In this document: positions 1 through 9,011 of the stretch, in pieces
Position numbering within the stretch: the stretch's first letter is position 1
How the letters are laid out: each line of letters starts with the position of its first letter
From: Candidatus Saccharimonadota bacterium
Lineage (GTDB): Bacteria > Patescibacteriota > Saccharimonadia > Saccharimonadales > UBA4665
DNA: 32,000 nucleotides
NCBI GenBank assembly: GCA_963716945.1
Contig: OY970322.1
Coordinates: 960,001-992,000, forward strand
Direction: 5' to 3'
Notes under the pieces: model-generated
What the model saw: the letters and a program-made list of their open reading frames with translations, nothing else
Databases searched by the model: none
Told to the model about the DNA's origin: nothing
Position numbers and translations under genes: made by a program

Positions 1-306
1 GACCGGATAACTGATTATCAACGCGGCGCCAAGGGCCAAACCGCCGGCCAGATGATGCCAGCCGCCGAAGTAAATCAACACCAGGCCGGCCGCAATCTGG
101 AGCAGCATGCCAAGCCTGAGAGCCGACAGCAGCAGCCGGGCCGCCCGGGTCGGCTCCAGTTGGCGGCGTTTCTTAACCTGGGAAAAATCCTTGGTCCGCC
201 AAAGCCAATTGAGGTATGGCCCCACCCGGTACTCGCTAGCCTGGAGCATGTAAACCAGGACGGAAGGGTAGCCCGGACGGTAGAGGCTTAGGAGTTCGTT
301 AATCAT
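1..306 (-). CDS. hypothetical membrane protein, 5' part only (gene continues past the left edge)
   Basis: Absent from the ORF track because it has no stop in the window. The reverse strand from ATG 306..304 translates as MINELLSLYRPGYPSVLVYMLQASEYRVGPYLNWLWRTKDFSQVKKRRQLEPTRAARLLLSALRLGMLLQIAAGLVLIYFGGWHHLAGGLALGAALIISYPV and stays open to position 1. It contains hydrophobic helices. Its ATG overlaps the TGA of the upstream hydrolase gene (ATGA at 306..303). The + ORF 52..291 is its antisense shadow. Confidence 0.5.
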   Translation of the reverse strand, partial: MINELLSLYRPGYPSVLVYMLQASEYRVGPYLNWLWRTKDFSQVKKRRQLEPTRAARLLLSALRLGMLLQIAAGLVLIYFGGWHHLAGGLALGAALIISYPV

Positions 307-1055
307 TTTAGAAACTCCGCTATCAGGCTTTCGACTTTTGCCGGCTGGTCCTGGTGGACGAAGTGGCCGGCCGCGGCCAGCATTTCCAGCCGCGACCCTT
401 TGATGAGCCGCTGGTATTGCCGGCCGTCGGCGGGCGGCACGGCCCGGTCGTCTTCGGCATAAATTAACAGCGTGGGGATGGTAATTGACGCGGCCTCGGC
501 CTGGACGTCCTGGCGCACGGTTTTTTTGAAAGTTTCCTGCAGCTCGGGCACGACCAGCAGATCCGAGCCGGCAGCACCATAGAGGCTGCGGCGCAAGGCT
601 TGGCGGTAGCGTTCCGGCAGCCAGATAGTAGCCAGGTCGCCGGTTTTGGCGATGATTTTCAGGATAAAACGCCTGGCCCCGCCGCCCGTGCGGATACCCG
701 AAGCCGCCAGCAGTACCAGTTTTTGCGGTTTGAGCAGACCGAGCGAAACGCCCCGCACCGCTAGGGCGCCGCCGTTGCTATGGCCCACGACGGCGTAAAG
801 CGGCCGGAGCTCCAGTTTATTCAATAAAGCCCCGGTGAACCGGGCATAATCGTCCAAATTCCAAACGCCTTGGGGCGCTTGCGAGCTGCCGAAACCGGGC
901 AGATCAACCGCCAGCACCTGGTAGCGCTTAGCCAGGCTCCGGCTAAGCCCGCCCAGGCCCCGGACATTGTCGCCCCAGCCATGGAGCAGCAGTACCAGTT
1001 TGCCCTTGCCGGACAGTTCGTAGTGGGCCAGCAGGCCATCGACGACGATTTGCAT
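303..1055 (-). CDS. alpha/beta-fold hydrolase
   Basis: 250 aa. LLLHGWG oxyanion-type motif near the N-terminus, nucleophile elbow GHSNGG (GxSxG), and C-terminal AAGH (triad His). Typical size for the family. Confidence 0.85.
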   Translation of the reverse strand: MQIVVDGLLAHYELSGKGKLVLLLHGWGDNVRGLGGLSRSLAKRYQVLAVDLPGFGSSQAPQGVWNLDDYARFTGALLNKLELRPLYAVVGHSNGGALAVRGVSLGLLKPQKLVLLAASGIRTGGGARRFILKIIAKTGDLATIWLPERYRQALRRSLYGAAGSDLLVVPELQETFKKTVRQDVQAEAASITIPTLLIYAEDDRAVPPADGRQYQRLIKGSRLEMLAAAGHFVHQDQPAKVESLIAEFLK

Positions 1056-1061
1056 GGGCTT

Positions 1062-1067
1062 ATTATA
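1062..1067 (-). promoter_or_regulatory. -10 box TATAAT, 6 nt upstream of the hydrolase ATG (leaderless-type start)
   Basis: The reverse strand reads cgcgcTATAATaagcccATG. Confidence 0.45.
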
Positions 1068-1081
1068 GCGCGTTTGGGGTT

Positions 1082-1101
1082 GGCTGGTGGCGGCACCAGC
1101 C
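1082..1101 (-). other. perfect 8-bp stem / 4-nt loop hairpin just downstream of the 467-aa gene; no U tract
   Basis: GGCTGGTG-gcgg-CACCAGCC, starting 5 nt after the stop at 1106. On the transcribed strand it is followed by AACCCCAAAC, so it is not a canonical intrinsic terminator. Confidence 0.35.
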
Positions 1102-1105
1102 GGGT

Positions 1106-2509
1106 TTATTGAGTGAAGGTATCGCTGTTGCTATTGAGGCTGCTGCCGGAATTCAGGCCGCTGAAGAGGTTGGACAGGCCGGGGTTGGCGGCGGCGTCTT
1201 TTTCTATTTGAGCCAGGACTTGGACGGCCGGTTCGGCGTTTGCCGGGGCGGTGATGGATACCGGGGCGTAGCTGATAGTCGTCGTGAACGAACCGGTGGC
1301 ACTCTTGCTGCTGTTGTCCTGCAAGGCCAGCTTGACGATGCGCTTGCTGCTCTTGTCTACCCAGACGGTAATCGGCGTCGTCTTGTGGTCGCCGGTGGCA
1401 GTCGAGGTGTCGGGCAGGCTGGTGGCGCTCTTGTCGCACTTTTGGATTTCTTTGACGATCGACAGGTTGTCCAGTACCTTGGAATTGCCGTAAGCGGTCG
1501 CCTTGTCATCATTGATGCTGAGGACGAACTTTTCGGCACTATGGCCGTTGACGGAATCCGAGGCCGTGCTCTGGATAGTCACGAAGGGGTTCTTGTCATA
1601 TTGGTTTTCCAGCAGCTGGATGTCGGCCTGGGTCAGACCCCAGTTATTGTTGAGGATGCAGCTGGCACCGCTTTCGTCGAGTAAGGTGCTGTCAATGACA
1701 ATCCACTTGTTGGAAAGCTGGTCGCTCAAGGTGGTCGCCAGCGAACCGGCATCCGGACTATAGGCGCCTAGCAGGCTGGCAATCGTGCTTAGGTCGCCGA
1801 CTTTTATATAGACGTTGTCTTTGACCAGGCGGGCTTCGACGGGGAAACTGACGCCCGACACGGTCAGGTTAAGCTGAAGGTCGGCCGTCTTGGCGGTACT
1901 GTTGCTGGCACCGTTGACGTCGGCTTTGAGGGCTAAGCCGCCTGCACCGGAACTGGCTTGCAGCGTGCCTGTGAAGCTGGTTTGTTTCTGCTGCAGGCTG
2001 TTGACCAGCGCCGACTTCAAGACGTTAGCCGGCTTATTGGGCACCACGGCGCCGAAGTAGGCGGCAGCCGAACCGCCGCCGATAACCAGCACGGCCACCA
2101 GTACCAGCGCCAGTTTTTTGAATAAACCGGATTTGGAAGCCGGCGCCGCGGGCGGCGGGCCGGTGCTGTAAGCGGCCTGGGGAGCGCTAAACTGACCCGG
2201 CGCGGGCGGCATCTGTGCTGGAGCCGGTTGGGCGGGCGAAAAATCACCGCCGGTCACGACTCCGGGTCCGGGCGTTGGAGCGGCAGCGGCCGGGGCGGCC
2301 GGCGGTTGCGGCGCAAAATCAGGCGATACGACGACTTGCGGCTGGCCGGGCACGGCTCCCGGTACGGCACTCCAATCCGAAACTACCGGTTCCGGCGCGG
2401 CGGCCGGTGCCGGGCCGGTGACCGGCGGCGAAATAGTCGGATTATTGGAGGGTGATGCGGTTACGGGCGGCTGGTCGGCAGGGTTTTGGTTGTTTGTGTT
2501 GGGGTCCAT
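1106..2509 (-). CDS. membrane-anchored protein with Pro/Ala-rich N-terminal region
   Basis: 467 aa. About 120 aa of low-complexity P/A/Q sequence, then one hydrophobic helix (LALVLVAVLVIGGGSAAAYFGAV), then a Ser/Thr-rich ~300-aa domain of unknown fold. Confidence 0.7.
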   Translation of the reverse strand: MDPNTNNQNPADQPPVTASPSNNPTISPPVTGPAPAAAPEPVVSDWSAVPGAVPGQPQVVVSPDFAPQPPAAPAAAAPTPGPGVVTGGDFSPAQPAPAQMPPAPGQFSAPQAAYSTGPPPAAPASKSGLFKKLALVLVAVLVIGGGSAAAYFGAVVPNKPANVLKSALVNSLQQKQTSFTGTLQASSGAGGLALKADVNGASNSTAKTADLQLNLTVSGVSFPVEARLVKDNVYIKVGDLSTIASLLGAYSPDAGSLATTLSDQLSNKWIVIDSTLLDESGASCILNNNWGLTQADIQLLENQYDKNPFVTIQSTASDSVNGHSAEKFVLSINDDKATAYGNSKVLDNLSIVKEIQKCDKSATSLPDTSTATGDHKTTPITVWVDKSSKRIVKLALQDNSSKSATGSFTTTISYAPVSITAPANAEPAVQVLAQIEKDAAANPGLSNLFSGLNSGSSLNSNSDTFTQ

Positions 2510-2596
2510 GGCGGCTGGCCGCTCCTCAGCGGCGGTTCAGTTATTTATAAGCTTGATTATACATAAGCGTAGTAATTTACCAAACGGATGAAAATC

Positions 2597-2672
2597 TGGT
2601 GGAGATAGGGAGAGTCGAACTCCCGACCTCGGCAATGCGAATGCCGCGCTCTACCAACTGAGCTATATCCCC
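2597..2672 (-). tRNA. tRNA-Ala(CGC), CCA encoded
   Basis: Reverse complement GGGGATATAGCTCAGTTGGTAGAGCGCGGCATTCGCATTGCCGAGGTCGGGAGTTCGACTCTCCCTATCTCCACCA. Cloverleaf folded by hand: G3:U70 Ala identity pair, anticodon loop TTCGCAT. Confidence 0.9.
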
Positions 2673-2694
2673 TCTTATAGTTTGAATTGCGTAA

Positions 2695-2781
2695 TGGTGC
2701 GCGGGGCGGGAATCGAACCCGCAAGCCTGTAAGGGCAAGGGATTTTAAGTCCCTCGTGTATACCAATTCCACCACCCGCGC
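2695..2781 (-). tRNA. tRNA-Leu(TAA), long variable arm, CCA encoded
   Basis: Reverse complement GCGCGGGTGGTGGAATTGGTATACACGAGGGACTTAAAATCCCTTGCCCTTACAGGCTTGCGGGTTCGATTCCCGCCCCGCGCACCA. 87 nt, anticodon loop CTTAAAA. Confidence 0.9.
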
Positions 2782-2802
2782 GCGGGTAAATTTAGGATAA
2801 AC

Positions 2803-2876
2803 TGGAGGCGCCTACCGGAATTGAACCGGTGTAAAAGGTTTTGCAGACCTCTGCGTAACCACTCCGCCAAGGCGCC
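2803..2876 (-). tRNA. tRNA-Cys(GCA), CCA encoded
   Basis: Reverse complement GGCGCCTTGGCGGAGTGGTTACGCAGAGGTCTGCAAAACCTTTTACACCGGTTCAATTCCGGTAGGCGCCTCCA. Anticodon loop CTGCAAA, discriminator U. Confidence 0.9.
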
Positions 2877-2892
2877 GTATTAGAACAGGGCT

Positions 2893-2898
2893 ATTATA
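2893..2898 (-). promoter_or_regulatory. -10 box TATAAT upstream of the tRNA cluster
   Basis: The reverse strand reads tacgcTATAATagccctgttctaatac, followed by the tRNA-Cys 5' end 16 nt downstream. Confidence 0.4.
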
Positions 2899-2918
2899 GC
2901 GTATTACTATGTGGGCGG

Positions 2919-4088
2919 CTAAACGAGGCCGGTTTTGCTCAGGCGCCGGGGCCGAGCCAAACAGGCTAACGCTACTACCAAGGCTACGGCTACCGCCAAA
3001 GCAAAAGGCGTCCGGACGCTGAACCAGGCGATCAGCAGCCCGAAAAACAGCTGGCCCAGAGCGCTGCCGCTGTCGCCGGCCACGACTATCAAAGCCGAAC
3101 CGCGTTTGGTCTGGCTTTCATTAAGGTTATCCAGAGCCAGGGCGTTAATCGCCGGCGAGGTGCCGCGCGCGAAGATGCCGAAAACAAAACTAAAGGCGTA
3201 GAAAGCCCATAGCTGCCTGGCCGCCAGAAGCGCCAGTATGCTCGCGGCCATGCCGACTTCGGCGTAAGCGACGGCCCGCAGACCGGAATAACGTTCGGCG
3301 AACAGGCCGACCAGCCAACGCCCGCAAAAATAACCGGCAAAGACGAATGTTTGCAACAGCAGGCTCTTCTCCAATGAATAGCCCTTGCTAAGCAGCAGCA
3401 GCGGCAAGTAAACGAAGAGCTGCGAGCTGGCAAAGGAATCCAGGAATTCAACTACCAAAGTAAACCTGAAGGCCTTGTCATGCCGCAACCGCAAACTGCT
3501 TATTCCGCCGGCCGCCTGGCTCTTGAGCGGTGTCCGTGGCAACCGCGATGTAAAAACGAAGTACAAAACGGCCAGCAACGTGATGGCCGCCACGGCTCCC
3601 GGCGCCCCGCTAACGATGACCATGCCGGCGATAGCGACCGGCGCGGTAATCCTGATAATATCAACCAGCATCCACAGCTTGGCCATGGTCCGGAAGCGTT
3701 CGCCTTTGACGGTCAGGCTGGCGCTCAGGGCGCCGATTGCCGACATGGCCAAGCCCGCCGCCAGGCCCATGACCGCGTAAGCCAGCACCAGGAGCGGCAG
3801 CAGCTTCAGCGACGAGCCGCCGAACAGAATACAGCCGGCGACAACGGCCAAGCCGGCCGCCAGCCGCAGCAAGAGCCCGGTCGACAGACTGTGCAGCCGG
3901 CGGGCGACGGCCACGGCACCGATAATCAAGGCGACAATAAAACCCGCGCCGATATAGCCGATGGCTGCCGAGCCAATCAGCCTCTTGGCGTAAAAAACCG
4001 GCAGCAGCACGAAGTAAGACGTCGACAGGCCCTTGGTCAGGGCCTGCAGCACGTACAAATCAAAGAGCGGCTTGGCTTCCGGTTTCAT
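2919..4088 (-). CDS. MFS-type transporter (multi-pass membrane protein)
   Basis: 389 aa, about 11-12 hydrophobic helices in two halves with a charged central loop. The call rests on architecture only. Confidence 0.65.
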   Translation of the reverse strand: MKPEAKPLFDLYVLQALTKGLSTSYFVLLPVFYAKRLIGSAAIGYIGAGFIVALIIGAVAVARRLHSLSTGLLLRLAAGLAVVAGCILFGGSSLKLLPLLVLAYAVMGLAAGLAMSAIGALSASLTVKGERFRTMAKLWMLVDIIRITAPVAIAGMVIVSGAPGAVAAITLLAVLYFVFTSRLPRTPLKSQAAGGISSLRLRHDKAFRFTLVVEFLDSFASSQLFVYLPLLLLSKGYSLEKSLLLQTFVFAGYFCGRWLVGLFAERYSGLRAVAYAEVGMAASILALLAARQLWAFYAFSFVFGIFARGTSPAINALALDNLNESQTKRGSALIVVAGDSGSALGQLFFGLLIAWFSVRTPFALAVAVALVVALACLARPRRLSKTGLV

Positions 4089-4118
4089 TCATATAAATAT
4101 TAGCAGGTGGGGACTGTT

Positions 4119-4925
4119 CTAGCCGAGGGCCAGGTAGTCCTCATCGCTGAGATCGATATCGGCGGCTTTGAGGTTAGCCTCCAAATGCTCGATTGACGTG
4201 GTGCCGGGAATCGGCAGGATCATCGGTGACCGCTTCAGCAGCCACGCCAGGGCTATCTGTTGCGGCGTGGCGTCATATTTGCCGGCTATGGCCGCGACCA
4301 CGGCCTCGACTTTCGCGGTGTCGCCGGCCAGGCCGCCGAGCGGAAACCACGGTATGAACGCGATCTCGTTAGCCGTGCAGTAATCGACTAGCGCCTCGTG
4401 CTTGCGGATAGCCACGTTATATTCGTTTTGGACGCTGACGACCGGCGCTACGGCCACGGCTTCTTTAACCTGGTCGACGCTGACCTCGGACAGACCGATA
4501 TGGCCGATCAGGCCTTCGTCCTGAAAACCCTTGAGCACGGCCATGGTTTCGGCCAACGGAATCGTCGGGTCCACCCGGTGCAGCTGGTATAGGTCGATCC
4601 GGTCCGTCTGCAGGCGCTGCAAGCTTTCTTCCAGTTCGCGGCGCAACTGCCCGGCCGAAGCGCCGTTGCCCATGCCGCCCTTGGTCGCTATGACCAGCCC
4701 GTTGCCGTACGGCGCCAAGGCGTTGCCGATGGCCGCTTCGCTCTGGCCGCCGGCATAGCGGTGGGCCGTATCGATGAAATTAACACCCAGCTCGACCGCC
4801 CGCCGCAGCAGCTCGTAGCCGTCTTCGTTGTCGTGAATCCGGTTAGTCCCCAAACCGATCCGATTAACCGTTATACCGCCAAAACTAACCGTACCCGCGC
4901 CCGCTGCCGCAATTGTATTTGTCAT
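4119..4925 (-). CDS. aldo/keto reductase family oxidoreductase
   Basis: 268 aa. NFIDTAHRYAGGQSE (Asp/Tyr region), IATKGG (Lys), LYQLHRVD (His): the classic AKR catalytic tetrad context. Confidence 0.9.
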   Translation of the reverse strand: MTNTIAAAGAGTVSFGGITVNRIGLGTNRIHDNEDGYELLRRAVELGVNFIDTAHRYAGGQSEAAIGNALAPYGNGLVIATKGGMGNGASAGQLRRELEESLQRLQTDRIDLYQLHRVDPTIPLAETMAVLKGFQDEGLIGHIGLSEVSVDQVKEAVAVAPVVSVQNEYNVAIRKHEALVDYCTANEIAFIPWFPLGGLAGDTAKVEAVVAAIAGKYDATPQQIALAWLLKRSPMILPIPGTTSIEHLEANLKAADIDLSDEDYLALG

Positions 4926-4988
4926 GATTTTCCCCTTATATTTTTTATTTTAGACAAACTCGCCGCAGAAAAGTGTGAAATATTTGAC

Positions 4989-5096
4989 TTAGCCCCGAAT
5001 CAAGCGGTCGGCCACCAGACAAACGAAGACCAGGATGACCAGCCCGGCCAGCGAGAAGAAGAGCTTGTCCTGGTACGGCTCATCGGTTTTTTTCAT
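4989..5096 (-). CDS. small single-pass membrane peptide (35 aa)
   Basis: MKKTDEPYQDKLFFSLAGLVILVFVCLVADRLIRG. The ATG at 5096 lies 6 nt after a TATAAT box (5108..5103), the same geometry as the hydrolase start. The longer track ORF 4989..5261 runs through an AT-rich intergenic stretch and looks unrealistic. Confidence 0.4.
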   Translation of the reverse strand: MKKTDEPYQDKLFFSLAGLVILVFVCLVADRLIRG

Positions 5097-5102
5097 ATGT
5101 TT

Positions 5103-5108
5103 ATTATA
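5103..5108 (-). promoter_or_regulatory. -10 box TATAAT, 6 nt upstream of the small-peptide ATG
   Basis: The reverse strand reads cccTTATAATaaacatATGaaaaaa. Confidence 0.4.
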
Positions 5109-5169
5109 AGGGTTTATACTCTTCTGCTGACCACTCAAGCATAAGCAGGCTACTTTGCCGGGTCCAAGG

Positions 5170-6297
5170 CTAGCGCCTGAACCGTTTGAAGCTAAAAGCA
5201 GGCAGCACGTACTTCTTGCCGGGCTGGAGGTTTTTGGCGGCTTGCTCCAGGTCGGCGGCACGCGGGAAATTACGTTTCAAAAAGCGCCGGTCGTAACTGG
5301 CGATGGCCGGGCCGCTGGGGTGGGTGTCGCCGTGCCTGATGAGCTGGCTGGCGGCGATTTCCCAGGGATTGTCGCCGGGCCGCGGAATTACGGTTTCCGG
5401 TTGCGGGTTGGCCGCGGCCGTTAGTGTTTTGGCCGGTTCGCCGTGGTTCGCCGGGCCGTCCGACAAGCCGTTCTCGACGGCCATGCTGCCGCCAAAGGCT
5501 GCGACACCGATTACGGCCGCCAGGGCGGCTTTGCGCCGGGTGTATTTCCATTCGTGTTTGCCCGCCATGGGCCGGCCGTGCATTTCGGCCCTCAGGGCTT
5601 TAGCGGCCAGGCCGGCTTTGGCGACGGCCCGGCGGGCGCGGGCGCGCAAACCGCGCGGTTCGGTTTCGGGGTAAGTCCGGAAATCGGTCAGCAGCACGCC
5701 GTCATCAACCAGACGTTCGGTCTCGGCCCGTTCGTACTCGGCCGGGATTTGCTCCAGGCGCTGGTTGAATTTATGGAACGGGTCGGCTCCGCCGTCTTCG
5801 TAAGCGTCGAGGTGCGCGCCCTGGCTGTCGGAATAGCCGGCGCTGATTTCGACCATCTCGATGGTGCCGGTAGTCAGGCCCGGCAAATATTCAAGCGACT
5901 TGCCGATCAAGTCGGCTGGCAACGCTTGGTCGGGATCAAGCTGGCAATATACGGCCCGGCCGGCCGCTTCGCTGGCGCTCAAATCATAAAAGGTGTTGCC
6001 GACAATCATGAACTTGTCGCCGGTGTCGGTCTGCAGGTAAGCCCGGAGCTTGAACGACGATTCCGGCCAGTCAATTTCAACCCCCTCCTCGGTGAACTGG
6101 CGGCCGAGCTGGACATGGGTACGGCCTTCGATATCACGGGGGTAGTGCTGGACCAGCCTGCCATTCAGGGGCGGCGCTATAGCTTGCTCGGCCGCCGCAG
6201 GGGCGTCGAACAGGTTCATTTGGCCGAAGCCGGCATCAGGAGCCAGCGGGTCGTGTACGCCCGCCGGAGCAGCCAGTTCAATTAACTCTGTTGACAT
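5170..6297 (-). CDS. membrane-anchored protein with C-terminal LysM-like segment
   Basis: The track gives a GTG start at 6309. I prefer ATG 6297 (MSTELIEL) because AAGAGGTGG lies 9 nt upstream of it and overlaps the GTG. One TM helix (AALAAVIGVAAFGGSMAV). The C-terminus VIPRPGDNPWEIAASQL...LQPGKKYVLP resembles a LysM repeat. Confidence 0.65.
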   Translation of the reverse strand: MSTELIELAAPAGVHDPLAPDAGFGQMNLFDAPAAAEQAIAPPLNGRLVQHYPRDIEGRTHVQLGRQFTEEGVEIDWPESSFKLRAYLQTDTGDKFMIVGNTFYDLSASEAAGRAVYCQLDPDQALPADLIGKSLEYLPGLTTGTIEMVEISAGYSDSQGAHLDAYEDGGADPFHKFNQRLEQIPAEYERAETERLVDDGVLLTDFRTYPETEPRGLRARARRAVAKAGLAAKALRAEMHGRPMAGKHEWKYTRRKAALAAVIGVAAFGGSMAVENGLSDGPANHGEPAKTLTAAANPQPETVIPRPGDNPWEIAASQLIRHGDTHPSGPAIASYDRRFLKRNFPRAADLEQAAKNLQPGKKYVLPAFSFKRFRR

Positions 6298-6326
6298 AAA
6301 TCCTGCCACCTCTTAAATATTAATAT

Positions 6327-6355
6327 ATTTAAGCAAAATTCTAATGTTTTGTCAA
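6327..6355 (-). promoter_or_regulatory. sigma70-type promoter TTGACA-N17-TTAAAT
   Basis: The reverse strand reads TTGACAaaacattagaattttgcTTAAAT, followed by the AAGAGGTGG RBS of the 5170..6297 gene. Confidence 0.5.
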
Positions 6356-6367
6356 CCCCAGTTAGCG

Positions 6368-7162
6368 TTAGCGGCGGGCTATGACTTCTACCGAGCCGTC
6401 CCAGAAAGCTTCGATCATCGGTATGATGCGGCCGCGGTATTCGACCTGCTTGCGAAGCGCCGGGCAGCCCCGGCCTTCAACGCTACAGGTTTTGGCAAAA
6501 TCTTTGGCCTCTTTGGTTAAGTCGACTTCGCCGCTCTCAGGGTCCTCTTCCAGGTGGCCGGGGTCAATCGCGCTGGTCATAGGGTTCTCGATACCGACAA
6601 AACCGTTAAAGGCACCGCGGCCCGGAACGCCCGCTTCCATATCATTAAGCATCGCCAACCTGGCGGCCAGGCCGTGGCTGCGGCGCAAGGTCTCTACCTG
6701 TTCGGGTTTTTCGCGTCCGGCAACCCCGGGCATTTGCAAAATGCTCCTAGCGATAAGGTTGGTATCCATGACTGCCCCGGCACCGTTATTCATACAGTTC
6801 ATGGCAATAGTGATAGCCTCTTGGTCCCGTTCCATAATCAAGTCGCGGTAAGGATCATAAACGCGTCCTTCGAAATCTTGCGCGAAGTTGCCATAAAAGA
6901 AAGCGTTGCCTTTTTTGACCCACTTGGGAACACCGGAGTTGGCCGACGGGTGGATGCCCATAAAAGACTGGTCACTCTCCGCGATGACCCGCGCCAACTC
7001 ATCAGCCACCGTAAAACCCAGCGACGTCAGTCCAAAGGTATCGAACTCCGGCAGCTCGCGGCCGCCGGGCCCGGCGACGGCTTGCTCAATTGCGGTCTCA
7101 ATAGCGACCGGAAAGGCAACGGTATTAGTATCTGCTCGTAAAAACGGGTCAAAATTGCTCAT
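6368..7162 (-). CDS. hypothetical protein (264 aa, soluble, acidic)
   Basis: Clean ORF with its own promoter. I recognise no motif. Confidence 0.7.
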   Translation of the reverse strand: MSNFDPFLRADTNTVAFPVAIETAIEQAVAGPGGRELPEFDTFGLTSLGFTVADELARVIAESDQSFMGIHPSANSGVPKWVKKGNAFFYGNFAQDFEGRVYDPYRDLIMERDQEAITIAMNCMNNGAGAVMDTNLIARSILQMPGVAGREKPEQVETLRRSHGLAARLAMLNDMEAGVPGRGAFNGFVGIENPMTSAIDPGHLEEDPESGEVDLTKEAKDFAKTCSVEGRGCPALRKQVEYRGRIIPMIEAFWDGSVEVIARR

Positions 7163-7172
7163 TTGGATAGCA

Positions 7173-7200
7173 ATTATAACCTATTTAAAATAATTTGCAA
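7173..7200 (-). promoter_or_regulatory. promoter TTGCAA-N16-TATAAT, 10 nt upstream of ATG 7162
   Basis: The reverse strand reads TTGCAAattattttaaataggtTATAATtgctatccaaATG. Confidence 0.5.
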
Positions 7201-7207
7201 TACTTTG

Positions 7208-8761
7208 TCAGCGGACCAGCAACGTTTTGCCGAGCAGGGGCAGCTCGAAAGGCTGGTCTTTCATGATGTCATCGTAGAGTATTTGCGGCAGGGGGCCGTA
7301 TTTAGCGGCATTGGCAATGGCGATCTTGGCGTCGGCTGTTTTGCCCTCCGCGCCGTAGAGGATAGCGACGTAAAGCCACAGTTTGTAGTCTTGCGGGTAG
7401 GCGTTGATGGCCTTTTGGAAGAACTGCAGGTTCGACGGCGGCTGGCCGTAGGCCAGCTCTATCTGGCCCAGGTTTTCATAGACCTCGCTCAGGCTGCCGT
7501 ATTTCAGGGCCTGGTTGTAGGCCGCTTCGGCGCCTTTATAATTGCCGGCTTGCTGCCGGGCGACACCCAGATTATTGTAATTCGAAACGGCCGGGTAAAT
7601 ATCGACCGAGCGCTGCGCGTAGGCGGCGGCTGCCTGGAATTTGCCCTGGCTCGTCAGGCCCTGGGCAATGTCGTTCATGGCCGAATAGTCTTCCTTGGAA
7701 ACGGCCAGGTCGCGCCTGGCGAGGACGTACTGGCTCCGGTAGTCGGTGCCTCTCACGGCGGTACGGATACCCAGTCCGCCAATTAGCACTACGGCCGCCA
7801 GAATCAGCCAATCCGGGCGGACCTTAAGTTTAACCGTCGAGGAGGCGATGCCAATCATCCCCAAGACTCCGGCTACCGAAGGGTAGAACCAGTCTTCGCA
7901 AACCGTCATGTCCAGCGGAATGACTTGCAGATACGGCAAAACGCTGACGGCCGCCAAGCCCGCGAAGAATAAGTAGGCGCGGTACTTGGTCTTGGGCAGC
8001 CGGCGCCGGACCCGCCAGCCCAGGTAAACGAAAAGAGCGATGACCGCCAGGTCAATCACCAAGGGCACCAGCACGTGCCGGACACTGAAAGCCGGGTAGG
8101 TCCAGTAATAACCGGTCGCCAGCTTCCACGGGAATATGAATTTGGTTATATAGAACAGGATTATGGCCGGGTCGGTCATCAGGCGGCCGGCCAAGTGCAA
8201 GTTGTCAATCGGCGCGCCGTTTTGCTTGCCGTTCAAGCCGACGGCATTAATCTTTAGCGCCGCGTACAGCACGATGGGCAGAACCAGGATTTTGACGAAC
8301 TCGTATACCCGTTTCCGCTCAAACAGGAATAGGTACAGCAGCGCTATCACGATGAATACGACCGCCGTTTCTTTAGACAATAATGCCAACAAGAGGCAGC
8401 CCGCCGCCGCCCACCGGCCGTTCGCCGACCGGTAATTCATCAGTACCCAAAGGCTCAGGATACCGAAGAAAAAGAACAGCGCGTCCTGCATCGAGGGGAT
8501 GGCGAAGGCGGCCTGCGAGTTAAGCGGGTGCACCAGGAAAATCAGCGCCAGCCCCAAGGCTAGCGCCGGCTTCATAAACCGCGTGAATATCAGGTACAGG
8601 ATAAACGCGCTGGCCGTACACAAGCCCAGCTGGACCAGGTGGAAAGCGACCGGGTGCGCGCCAAAAACGGTGTAAATCAGCGCGAATACCGTACTCATCA
8701 GCGGCCGGTAATAAATGCCCGTCAGATGCTGGCCGTTATAAAACGTGCCCGACTGGAACAA
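7208..8761 (-). CDS. GT39/ArnT-like polyprenyl-phosphate-sugar-dependent glycosyltransferase with C-terminal TPR repeats; true 5' end unresolved
   Basis: At least 517 aa: about 10 TM helices followed by a TPR-like soluble tail (AYAQRSVDIYP..., YNQALKYG..., FQKAINAYPQDYKLWLY). The same frame stays open upstream to 8986 with no ATG/GTG/TTG. An ATG at 8976 is one base out of frame, next to a C5 run (see finding). Confidence 0.75.
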   Translation of the reverse strand: MFQSGTFYNGQHLTGIYYRPLMSTVFALIYTVFGAHPVAFHLVQLGLCTASAFILYLIFTRFMKPALALGLALIFLVHPLNSQAAFAIPSMQDALFFFFGILSLWVLMNYRSANGRWAAAGCLLLALLSKETAVVFIVIALLYLFLFERKRVYEFVKILVLPIVLYAALKINAVGLNGKQNGAPIDNLHLAGRLMTDPAIILFYITKFIFPWKLATGYYWTYPAFSVRHVLVPLVIDLAVIALFVYLGWRVRRRLPKTKYRAYLFFAGLAAVSVLPYLQVIPLDMTVCEDWFYPSVAGVLGMIGIASSTVKLKVRPDWLILAAVVLIGGLGIRTAVRGTDYRSQYVLARRDLAVSKEDYSAMNDIAQGLTSQGKFQAAAAYAQRSVDIYPAVSNYNNLGVARQQAGNYKGAEAAYNQALKYGSLSEVYENLGQIELAYGQPPSNLQFFQKAINAYPQDYKLWLYVAILYGAEGKTADAKIAIANAAKYGPLPQILYDDIMKDQPFELPLLGKTLLVR

Positions 8762-9011
8762 CAGGACTATATGCTTAATCGAATGGACCGGCAGATTATT
8801 AACTATCTGGTAGCCGTCATCGCCCTGAAAAGCCCCGCTTAACCCCGTAAAAAAGACGCTGAAGCCCGCCGCTATGAAGATATAGGCGGCCTGCTCCGGC
8901 TGAAGTTCGTTAATCCAAGCGATAACCTGCTCGGCGGTTTTTATAACTCGGTCTTTGATACAGCCCCCGGAATCATAATACTTTAGCTATAGTAGTATAA
9001 ACTCTCCGGCC

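Noticed and set aside
52-291. 79-aa + strand ORF at the left edge
   Set aside because: It is antisense to a much more convincing minus-strand ORF (1..306) that is translationally coupled to the hydrolase gene. Its composition is Q/R/P-rich and not protein-like.
2557-2775. 72-aa minus-strand ORF
   Set aside because: It is read straight through tRNA-Ala and tRNA-Leu, so it is an artefact of the tRNA genes.
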